Below are positions 53,401 through 64,000 of a stretch of DNA of 64,000 bases, piece after piece (position 1 is the first letter of the stretch; each line of letters begins with the position of its first letter). The notes beneath the pieces are model-generated. The model was not told the DNA's origin. It searched no databases and was given only the letters and a program-made list of their open reading frames with translations. This stretch comes from the human T2T-CHM13v2.0 reference genome, Homo sapiens. The stretch lies in NCBI RefSeq assembly GCF_009914755.1, contig NC_060937.1; one strand, written 5' to 3'. The position numbers were made by a program, and so were the translations under genes.

Positions 53401-53629
53401 GAATTGCCTCCTATGCGGAGTTTATATTGAGGGTTCTAATGGTACTTCCCAACAGAAACCAAAGCAGATGTGTAACACAGGCCAAGAAGACCCCTTCAGC
53501 ATTGAGACGGTATTCCCTGCATGCCCCAAATTAAAAAATAGTTTCAAATAAAATATATGACCACAGTAGAGATGTTATGTACAGTCTGAGGCAACTCCCA
53601 CGACCACCTCCTGAACGCAAAACCTCGAC

Positions 53630-53826
53630 CAATTTCTTTTTCTTCATAGCACTTATGACTCTCCTGAATTTGTTTCTTTCTCTGGGTATTGCTTTACTCT
53701 TCCACTAGAAGCACACACACCCCATGAGGATGGAGACTTGGACTTGGTCACTATGGCAGCCACAGCATGAGAGCATGCCTGCCCCACAACTGATGCTCAG
53801 AAAACACCTCTTGAACAAATTAATGA
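53630..53826 (+). mobile_element. L2 3' end
   Basis: ttcttcatagcacttat...tccactagaa...ccatgaggatggagac...gatgctcagaaaac...ttgaacaaattaatga. Confidence 0.7.
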
Positions 53827-55501
53827 CAGAACGCTCTTGCCAGTGTGGCCGTTAAACACAGAACACTGCTCCAGAAGATGAGTAGGTAGATTCAGACATT
53901 CAAACATCTGCCACGCGAGTGAACATTACACCTGTGCACCACTTACAGAATTCAGGATGCAGAGCACAGAGTCTATGTGAGGAAGCTTCATCTTAAAGGA
54001 AATTTCAGGGCCATTATCAGAGCTCACTCTCCCATAATCTTGATTATTATTTGACAATTCTAGCAGGCCCAGAGAGGAGGCACACAGCACTAGTGCATTT
54101 GCAACAGATCTCATCTAAATCGTAGGCCTCTGTTGAAGACAGAGGTTACACTGGTCAATAAATTGATGAACATGTCTTCCAAAATATTGTTTCACTGTGC
54201 CCTTTGCTGAAGTGTTGAAACCACTATGAGCTCTTCAAAATTATGGTATAAATGTCCCTAGAAGTTATGCTGGGAATGTACAATATGGCTTTTCATAGGA
54301 CAAAAAAGAAAAAGAAAACCTTTTAAAAGCTTATCCTCTACCAGGAATTAGGGGGAGGAAAGCATCTTGGAAAAGAATATCCCTCAGTCTTCACGTTTCA
54401 TCGTCACGAAAACACAGTTGTAGACCCATAGACCCTCAGGGAACTTTGTATCTATGAAACTCAGTATTTACAGAAAAATCCTAAAATGGCCTTCAAACCT
54501 GAATAGCGTACCTTTATGAAATCACAGAGGGTCTGACACAACCTAGAGAACAAACAACTTGTAGGCTAAGAAGTAGGTTTCTGATCCATAGCACATTTTA
54601 GAGTATTCTGAATAGTAATGTTGCATTCCAAGGGTATGATTTACAATCCTCCCTAAATCTGGTCTCCAGAGCTGACTTAGGCTAATTTCTAGATCCTACT
54701 GCATCTACTTAGATCTTGTTCCCCATATATTTTGAATGCTAAATGCAAAACATGCACACTATTGGTGGCTATATTTTAGGTGAGGAATACAATTCTTCCC
54801 CATAGTGGCAATACAGCATCCTCTCAGTTATAAATATCTTCACTTCAATGAGAAAAGATGATGAAATTCTTTTTGAAGACTCTCAAAGGGCTTGCAGATT
54901 TTTAAAAATATTACTGCCACTTTGTTTGGAAGAAATACAGTTTGGTCGTAAAACCATCATTTGTGATTGGATTTATGAACACAACATGCATTTGCATGCT
55001 GTGCATGAAAACCCTGCACCAAAGAGTGGTTTCAAACAAGGAAACTGTTGCTAGTTGGAATGTTCTCACCTGTATTATCATTAACAAATTTCAAGTTCCC
55101 TCAACCTGTTGAAAATAAAGGTAATTCAAATGAATTACCTTTGCATGAACAGTCTATCAACTTCAAAATTCCTCATAACTTCATTGAGTTTTTTCCAATT
55201 AGAAAGGGAAATTCCTTTTATATATACTCCGAAGTGCTTTTTCTTTTAAAGTCAGATTGGGGAAAAGCGTCTTTCTTTTTATGTATTCTATTTGTGTCTT
55301 GCTAAGCACTTAAGGTCTATCTGTAAGTAGCTTAGAACATTTTCTTATCATCGAGCACAGTACTTAAGAGTATGTTTTTTTAAAAAAAAGAGTTGCCTAC
55401 TAAATCTAATGTATTTATTCAGCAATCCTGATTAAGCACCAGAAAGCTATTACTAGATTTTTTAAAAAGTAAATAAGTAACTTACATTAAAGAAGCTTAC
55501 A

Positions 55502-55939
55502 TTTGAGGAATCACCACACTATTTTCCACAATGGTTGAACTAATATACATTCCCACCAACAGTGTAAAAGTGTTCCTTTTTTCTCCACAGCCTCACCAGC
55601 ATCTGTTATTTTTTGACTTTTTAATAATAGTCATTCTGATTGGTGTGAGATGGTGCCTCACTTTGGTTTTGATTTGCATTTCTCTATCCATCAGTGACAT
55701 TGAGCTTTTCTTCACATGATTGTTGGCTGCGTGTAGGTCTTTTGAAAAATGTCTGTTCATGTCCTTTGCCCACGTTTTAATGGGTTTGTTTTTTCCTTGT
55801 AAATTTGTTTAAGTTCCTTAGAGGTGCTAGATATTAGACCTTTGTCAAATGTGTAGTTTGCAAAAGTTTACTCCCATTCTGTAGGTTGTCTGTTTACTCC
55901 ATTGATAGTTTCTTTTGCTGTGCAGAAGCTCTTTAATGT
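55502..55939 (-). mobile_element. Internal L1PA (older primate) ORF2 fragment inserted in an antisense L2
   Basis: ttgaggaatcaccacact..ttccacaatggttgaactaat...gtttcttttgctgtgcagaagctcttta. No 3' UTR or poly(T) at the left end. Confidence 0.9.
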
Positions 55940-57356
55940 TTCTATACTATAAAGTACAAGGAAATAAGGGTTCAGTAAAGGTACATGTAAGATCTTATGC
56001 TAAAAAATGGAAAGGGGTAATTAGGACCTGGGGGATCTGGTAAAGCTTCTTGAGAAGTTGTCATTTGTGTTTGGTTTGAACAATTGGTAGACTTTTTATC
56101 ATTGGAAAATGAGGGATTCTGAGGGAAGGGGAAGCCTCTGATTCAATAATTTGGAGACTTCTCTCAAATTCAGTGGCAAGCACAGACCAAAATTTTATGA
56201 AAGCAAATGCACTGAACTGATATTGGAGATGTAAAATGAATCCCAAGGTACACTTTCCAATAACAACAGTAAGGCAATCCTCAAAGAATTTGGCAACTGT
56301 CTAAATTATTTGAAGTGAAATAATTTCCACAGATGAGATCTATATTTTAAATATCCAATATTTCTACACTGAGAGTGTATAAATTAAGATTTATTTTATT
56401 CATTTTTACTGTGCTCCTTAAGAGAAACAAGAATTCCTCTATGAAGTAAAATGCAAAGTAGAATACATTTGGCAGAATCATCCCAAGCACATGTAAAACA
56501 ACATCATCACACCAGCTGCTGATTTCGTCCCAGTGTTTTATCCTGTCAATAAGAAAATCCTTGATGTGCTACTGAATACACAGTTATCTTGACAGCCATC
56601 TTCATGTAATATTCAAGATAGCTTTTACACAGTCTCAGTTATAATATTAGCCTGAGATCTAATGCTTCCTCTTTATTTAAGGGATGATGAACTTGATTTG
56701 ATGGTTTCTCTGCTGTGAGCCAGTTCAGACTCACAATTCTCCTGGGCAGATTTCACTATCTTTAACTGACCGTAAGTTTAAGATGTTCCTAGCCAAAACC
56801 CTATTCTTATCAATTACTGTTCTACACTACTAGTTTTACCCAGATTTAACTCAAGAGCTATTTTCATCAGCTTTCCATCATGTACTGGGCCTGACCTTTG
56901 AAATATTGTAGCTGCTGCATTGCCATCATCCAAGATAAGAAAGAACTGTCTTAAAAGCTCTATCTTGGTTCAAAAGAAAAGAAAAAGTATTCTATGACAT
57001 TAACTATTTCAAAGCTCTTTTACTATTGCCAATCCACACAAGATTATTGGGATGTAGTTTCCCAGATTGAGATACGTGTTTGAGAAGGAAGGAAGAAAAA
57101 AGGAAAAGGGAGAAAGGAGAGGAAGGGAGGGAGGAAGGGAAAAAATTGGGCAAACACAAGCCCCTGAAATAAAGTTTGATGATTTCCCCCTTCCCTGGTT
57201 TTAAGAAGTATACAAGCTCTATATTCAAGAATTGAATAGTACACTTAATCTATAAGTAATTTCAGATGCTGAGTTCTAGATGCAGCATTATAAATAAGAT
57301 GACAGGGACTTATATTACTGCTGAGAAAACTGGGTTTGATAAACTAAAGATGCCCA

Positions 57357-57834
57357 TGTATATCAGTCATGCTCCTGGTGAGAACAGGTGGCTCACTGCA
57401 TAATGAGAGGAATATTCAATTAACTATTTACAAAGCTATGGATGACATGTAGGGAAGCCACAGAGAGAGTACAGTATCTAGAGCTAGTAAGAGTAGAAGG
57501 CCATCACTGTCCCCAGGCCTAAAGGAGGTAGAGCAGTCAAAGGAAACAAGAGACAAGGGAGGCTGCGAGGACAGGGCCACCTGGCAGAGCCATAACCTTA
57601 AACTAGGTAGTCACTTCTTGGCAACTCTGCAGGTAGGGAGCCAACCTCACTTTTAACCCTCCCTCTGATGCCCAGCTGGTTTACCCCATTGGTGAAAATC
57701 AGTGGGTGAGGGAACCAGTGAGCAAGGAAGCTTACTGTTCTATTCCAAATAAGTCCTACCAGCAGCAGAGAGTAGGGATCAGGAAATAGAATGACGAATA
57801 GGTCTAAAAGGACTCACAGCAGAAATCCAGTACA
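57357..57834 (-). mobile_element. ERVL solo LTR (LTR33/LTR41-like)
   Basis: tatcagtca.g.tcctgg..agaacaggtggc.cact...actatttacaaag...ccccaggcctaaagg...ccccattgg...aaatccagtaca. Confidence 0.65.
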
Positions 57835-58385
57835 TCATATTAGTAATACGGATTAGGCCCAGTACTGTAAATCAAAAATTTGTGAAGAATAACAGGAAAA
57901 AACTCAAACTCCTTATTTCATCTATGAAAACTCTGACCCTAGAGTCTTAAAATGTAGACAATTTCAAAGATTTTGAGTAGAACATACATACCCCTAAAAT
58001 TATATATGCATAAGCATATATAACATACATACTCCTAAACATACATACTTCTAAAATTATATATGCATAAGCATGCACGCACACACATATACACACAAAG
58101 AGAGATACAGCAAAGTGATCTAGTTACTACAGACTCAAAAAAAATTGGTGGGGAATTGGCAGACCAGTAACCTTGCTGGCTCCATATACAAAAGGTAGTA
58201 TGCATGAGAATACTGTTAGGGGTTAGAAGAAAGTGAGAAGTTTTGGGAATTGAGACACAGGGAGAGGTAAGGTAATAAAGAATGGCACAATGGCTTTCTT
58301 TCAGGCTTCTTGGACTTATTGTGAGCTATCGTGCAGTTACTAATTTAAGCACACTTCACTCAAACATGAAGAGAAATCGAGCATC

Positions 58386-60443
58386 TGATATGATTTGGCT
58401 GTGTCCCCATCGAAATCTCATCTCAAATTGTAATCCCCATTTGTCAAAGGAGGAACCTGATGAGAGGTGATTGAACTATGGGGGCAGTTTCCCCCATGCT
58501 GTTCTCGTAACAGTGAGATTTCATGAGATTCAAGAACCCACTGATGGGCTCTTCCCCATTCACTCTCATTCTCTTTTTCCTGCCACCTTGTGAAGAAGGT
58601 ATTTGGTTTTCCTTTGCATTCCACCATTATTATAGTTTTTCTGAGGCTTTCCCCACCATGTGGAACTGTGAGTCAATTAAACCTCTTTTCTTTATAAATT
58701 ATCCAGTCTCACATATTCTTTATAGCAGTGGGAAAACAGATTAATACAAGAAATTGGCATCTTGAAGAGTGGGGCACTGCTATAAAGATAACCTGAAAAC
58801 GTGGAAGTGACTTTGGAACTGGGTAATGAGGAGAGGTTGGAATAGTTTGGAGGGTTCGGAAGAAGACAGCAAAATGTGGGAAAGTTTGGAACTTCCTAGA
58901 GACTTGTTGAATGGTTTTGACCAAAATGCTGATAGTGATGTGGACAATGAAGTCCAGGTTGAGATGGTCTCAGATGGAGATGAGGAACTTCTTGAGAACT
59001 GGAGCAAAGGTGACTCTTGCCATGCTTTAGCAAAGAGACTGGTGGCATTTTGCCCCTGCCCTAGAGAAGTGTGGAACTTTGAACTTCAGAGAGCTGATTT
59101 AGGGTATCTGGCAGAAGAAATTTCTAAGTAGCAAAGCATTCAAGAGGTGATAGAGCATAAAAGTTTGGAAATTTTGCAGCCTGACCACGTGGTAGAAAAG
59201 AAAAACCCATTTTTCGGGGAGAAACTGAAGCCAGCTGCAGAAATTTGCATAAGTAACATCGAATGTTAATCACCAAGACAATGGGGAAAATGTCTCCAGG
59301 GCATATTAGAGAACTTCGTGGCAGCCCCTCCCATCACAGGACCAGAAGCCTAAGAGGGAAAAATTGTTCTGTGGGCTGGGCCCAGGGACCTGATGCTCTG
59401 TGCACCCTTGGGATATGGCGCCCTGCATCCCAGCTGCTTCAGCTTCAGCTGTGGCTAAAAGGAACCAACATACATCTCAAGCCATTGCTTCAGAGGCTGC
59501 AAGCTCCAAGTCTTGGTGGCTTCCATGTGGTGTTGGGCCTGTGGGTGCACAGAAGACAAGAGTTGAGCTTTGGGAACCTTGGCCTAGGCTTCAGAGGAGG
59601 TATGGAAACACGTGGATGTCTGGGCAGAAGTCTGCTGCAGGGGTTGAGCCCTCATGAAAAAAATCTCTGCTAGGTCAGTATGGAAGGGAAATGTAGGGTT
59701 GGAGACCCCACACAGAGTCTGCACTGGGGCACTGCCTAGTGGAGCTGTGAGAAGAGGGCCACTGTCCTCCAGACCCCAGTATGGTAGATCCACCAACAGC
59801 CTGCATGTGCACCTGGAAAAGTCACAGTCACTCAACACCAGCCCATGAAAACAGCTGGGGGGTGCTGTACCCTGCAAAGCCACAGGGGCAGAGCTGCCCA
59901 AGGTCATGGGAACCCACCTCTTGCATCAGTGTGCCCTGGATGTGAGACATAGAGCCAAAGGAGATTAGTTTGGAGCTTTTGATTTAATGACTGGCCCACT
60001 GGATTTCAGACTTGCACAGGGCCTGTGGCCCGTTTGTTTTGGCCAATTTCTCCAATTTGAAATTAGAGAATTTATCCAATGCCTGTACCCCATTGTATCG
60101 TGGAAGTAACTAACTTGTCATTTTCACATGTCAAGGGAGGGACCTGGTGGGACGTGATTGGATCATGGGGGCAGATTCCCCCATGCTCTTCTCATGATAG
60201 TGAGTGAGTGATTTCTCATGAGATCTGATGGTTTTATAAGGGACTCTTCCTTCTTCACTCTCTCTCTTTTTTCCTGCCACCTTTTGAAGAAGGTGCTTGT
60301 TTCTCCTTTGCCTTCTGCCATAATTGTAAGTTTCCTGAGGCCTCTTCAGCCATGCTGAAGTGTGAGTCAATTAAACCTCTTTCCTTTATAAATTACCCAG
60401 TCTCCGGTATTTCTTTATAGCAATGTGAAAATGGACTAATACA
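58386..60443 (+). mobile_element. Near-complete MaLR provirus (THE1D/MSTA-type): 5' LTR 58386-58748, internal 58749-~60120, 5'-deleted 3' LTR ~60125-60443
   Basis: Two LTRs ending taataca. The internal region carries the known MaLR-int frame remnant (GWNSLEGSEED.KMWESLELPRDLLNGFDQNADSD..NEVQ...), which explains the ORFs at 58826-59907. Confidence 0.93.
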
Positions 60444-60540
60444 GTAGCTTTATATTTTCTATAACTATCTGATCTCACTCATAAAGTTCCAACATGTTAG
60501 GTAGCAGAAGAAGGAGAAAGAGCCTACATTAGGTATACAA

Positions 60541-60909
60541 TTCTCGTAGCCCATTTGTGTTGTTATAATAGAATACCACAGACTGAGTAATTTATAAATA
60601 ACAGTGTTTCAGTTAGCTTACAGTTTTAGGGACTGGTAAATCAATAAGCATGGTGCTGGCATCTGGTGAGGGCCTTCTTGCTGCATCATAACTTGGCAAA
60701 GGGCTTCACATGGTGAGGGTAACTGTGCTGTTTAGGTCTCTCTTCCTCTTCTTATAAAGCTACCAGCCCCATTATAGGGGTCTCACCCGATAACCTTATC
60801 TTATTATAATTACCTCCCAAAAGCCCCACCTCCAAATACCATCAACATATAAATTGGGATATTGCATTTCCAACACATCAAATTTAGGAGACACATTCAA
60901 ACCACAGCA
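60541..60909 (-). mobile_element. MSTC/MSTD-type MaLR solo LTR
   Basis: aataccacagactg.gtaatttataaa, ggcatctggtgagggccttcttgctgcatc, ggagacacattcaaaccacagca. Confidence 0.85.
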
Positions 60910-61703
60910 ATAATCCACTAATTTCTGTCAATCTGTCAATTTGAATTTTTAAAGGTAACTTAGCCTTTTTTAACATAAATATCCAACCATTCTGATTTCT
61001 TCTACCACATCCTGCTTTACTCCAAGATGGCAACTGAGGGTAAGCAAAAGTAGAGCCTAAGGGGCCTCTAACGGGAGGAGAAAGGAGGAATCCACATCCA
61101 CGTCTTTTCACTTGTTCTCCAGCAGTACATCTCAGATGCCTGGTAGCTGGCCCCACTAGCACCTATGCTCAGTTCTCTCACCATTCAGTCAGAGACTGGA
61201 GTTGTCCCTGCCAATTACGCCCCAGCTCATGAGCACCTGTGTATGCCAAGAAGCCCTGAGAAGCGGCTGTGGTTCCCCCTTGGTTCTAGTCCCAAGAGAT
61301 CTGCCCCACAGCCCTCAGCCACAGGGCCACTCGTCTCCACTACTCTGATTTCCTCTGGTGAGTTTCCCATTCAGATTTCATTATCCATCCCTCTTCAATG
61401 TCCTACCCTCTCCATTTGGGTAAAAGGAACAGCTCAAGAAAGCCAAACTCAAACATTCCTCATCCTTGCACGCTGTACCTTTCCTCTAAGGTATCATCCA
61501 GGAACACCTCTGGATAAATGCAATTCCCCCAGTCACAAAGGCTGGATTTGGGTCCAGAAGGAGATTAGGATGTATTCATACACTGCCTCTTCTGCCTTGC
61601 TCTCCGCTTATTCTTTCCGCAATCACCAAGACTGGCGAGGACAGCTTTTCTCTAAACAGTAGCCTGCGATCTCCCCATGGAATAAGTTACTCAAGCTGCA
61701 GGA

Positions 61704-63418
61704 CAGAAGTTCTCAACATGGGGCCTGTAAGCCTTTTTCAGGAGGTCTGCAAGATCAAAACCATTCTCATATACTAAAATGTTACTTTCCTTTTCACTCT
61801 CATTCTTTTACACTCATACGGTGCCATTTTCCAGAAGCTACATGATGTGTGGTATCTTAAAACACTGAACACAGAAGACATGAGAATCCAGGTGCTTTCT
61901 ATTAAGCCAGACATTTGCAAAATATTAAGCAGTGCCACTCTTCTAATTTTTTTCTAGTTTCGGAAAATATAGTTTTTTAAAAGAAAAATATTTATGGTAA
62001 CATGTAATGAGTTTATTATTGATTTTTATTGCTATCACTGATATTTTAAAGTCAATGTATAGTCAAGCACCACATAACATTTTAGTGAATGACGGACAGT
62101 GTATACAACAGTAGTCATATAAGATTATAATAAAGCCGAAAAATTTCCTATTGCCTAGTGAAATTGTAGCCATCACATTGCAGCACAATGCATCACTCAG
62201 GTGTTTATGGTGAAGCTGGTGCAAAAAAACCTACTGTGCTGCCAGTTGTATGAGAGTCCAACATATACAATTATGTACAGTATGGAATACTAATAGTGAT
62301 CACAAATGACTAGGTTACCAGTTTATGTATTTACTATACTGTACTTTTTTTTATTATTTCAGAGTATACTCTTTCTACTTACAAAAAGAAAAAAAAAAAG
62401 CTGTGAAACAGCCCCTCAGGCAGGTCCTTTAGTAGGTATTCCAGAAGAAGGCCTTGTTATGGGAGATGACAGCTCCATGTATGTTATTGCCCCTGAAGAC
62501 CATCTAGTGGCACAAGATGTGAAAGTGGAAGACGGTGATATTGATGATCCTCACCCGGTGCAGGCCTAGGCTAATGTGTGTGTTTGTGTCTTTGTTTTTA
62601 ACAAAAAAAAAGTTTACAAAGAAAAACAAACAATTGTAAAAGTAGAAAAAAACTTACAGAATAAGGTTATAAAGAAAATATATTCTTACATCTGTACAAT
62701 GTGTTAAGCTAAGTGTTATTGCAAAAAAGTTAAAAAGTTTTAAAATAATTTAAAAGTGTACAAAGTAAAGCATTTACAGTGAGCTAAGGTTATTTTATTA
62801 TTGAAGAAAGAAAAGTTTTTAAGTAAATTTAGTGTAGCCTAAGTGTACAGTGTTTATAATGTCTACAGTAGTGGACAGTAATGTTCTAAGTCTTCACATT
62901 CACTCACCACTCACCCACTGACTCCCAGAGCAACTTCCAGTCCCACAAGCTCCATTCCTGCTAAGTGTCCTGCACAAATGTGCCCTTTTTAAAAATCTTT
63001 CTTACCATATTTTTACTGTATCTGCTCTATGTTTAGATGTATTTAGATACACAATTAATTACCATTGTGTTACAATTGCCTACAGTATTCAGTAGAGTAA
63101 CATGTTGTACAAGTTTGTAGCCAAGGAGCAACGGCTAGACCATATAACCTAGATAGGTAATAGGTTAGACCGTCTAGGTTTGAGTAAGTCCCTTTGTGAT
63201 ATTCCCGCAATGATGAAATCACCTAATGACACATTTCTTAGAATGTAGCCCCATCATTAAGTGACACATGACTGTATATTTAATTATTTTATAACTTCTC
63301 AGTTTAAAGTTCTATTAAGTAAATATCAATAACTCACATAAATCAAAAGCTTTTACGGTCTTCCATAATTTTTTAAGAGTTAAAAAGCATCTTGAGACCA
63401 AAAATTTGAGAACTTCTG
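61704..63418 (+). mobile_element. hAT-Charlie element (Charlie1/MER119-like), split by Tigger3b
   Basis: Perfect 13-bp TIRs cagaagttctcaa (61704-61716) / ttgagaacttctg (63406-63418). Internal atgagaatccag.tg..ttctattaagccagacat. Confidence 0.8.
62060..63274 (+). mobile_element. Tigger3b (TcMar-Tigger), essentially full length
   Basis: Termini (c/t)agtca.gcaccacataac... and ...ttaagtgacacatgactg, flanked by TA. Internal cctcaggcaggtcctt..ggtattccagaagaaggc and gatattgatgatcct. Length ~1.2 kb. Confidence 0.9.
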
Positions 63419-64000
63419 TTCCAGTCTCCAGGCCCACTACTTAACATATTTTTTTTAAAAAAGCATTATTTAGAGACCTCCCTACAAAGCCACAGCCTCA
63501 CTAAAGAGCTCAAAAAATGAATGCTGACTAAATTCTTCTGTTCCGGGCAGCATCAGGGTTCTCCCTCTCTCGGTTTATACTTGAAGGTAAAATGTTCAAA
63601 TCCTGACGGTAATATGACTCAAAGAGGGGAATTTTTAAAGTTCCAGTTCAGTATCTGCAAGATACTCTCCTATGTGAGAGGTCTAAGGAGACAATAAACC
63701 AAGTGTGAGATTCCGGGCTCAGGTGGGGCCCCTTCAGGGACCCAAGAAACCAAGCCTAACTGAGCATTTGGGGGTTGCGAGGGCAGACATTCTTGTCCAC
63801 ATCAATGCCCCATGTCTTTGAGGGCTCCAGGTGGCACACATGCGGACAGTACATCAGTCTCCCGAGGGCTTCTGGTGTGGGGACTAGTGAGGACTCTTGA
63901 TGAAGAAGTTCACATAGGAGATGATGAACAAAACTTATCCTAACACATGAAGCTACTAGAAGAAATGTAAAAGCATGGAAACTGACATCCTGGGCAAACA

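Noticed and set aside
58709-59907. Cluster of ORFs up to 136 aa
   Set aside because: Fragmented MaLR internal frame, broken by stops and frameshifts. Not a host gene.
61165-61662. Longest ORF (165 aa, ATG start)
   Set aside because: S/P-rich random-like composition in a locally GC-richer patch, with no domain recognised. It would need PhyloCSF or Ribo-seq support.
62306-62569. 87-aa ORF ending DGDIDDPHPVQA
   Set aside because: Derived from Tigger3b internal sequence.

Overview
This is AT-rich, CpG-depleted mammalian genomic DNA from a simian primate, most likely human: it carries AluJ/S/Y, THE1, MST, MADE1 and Tigger3b. I find no credible protein-coding exon, RNA gene, CpG island or CRISPR-like array. 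The listed ORFs are chance, low-complexity or repeat-derived. The window looks like a gene desert or very large intron, and I could not identify the locus. A large share is transposon-derived, with several nested insertions whose TSDs/TIRs can be read directly: THE1 in MLT1D, MSTB in old L1, Tigger3b in a Charlie-type hAT, MADE1 in L2, and a near-complete THE1D/MSTA provirus with an internal deletion. The repeat-poor middle (about 21-55 kb) holds several enhancer-like motif clusters, a strong CTCF core and a few candidate non-coding exons. I did not find a convincing novel biological system. The best leads are a motif-dense candidate enhancer at 53.0-53.4 kb, a candidate spliced + strand lncRNA, an unexplained ~80-bp dispersed duplication inside a cluster of tail-less insertions (19.8-21.8 kb), and a possible ancient CR1/L3 remnant. 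Subfamily names come from recalled consensus sequences, not from a RepeatMasker run.
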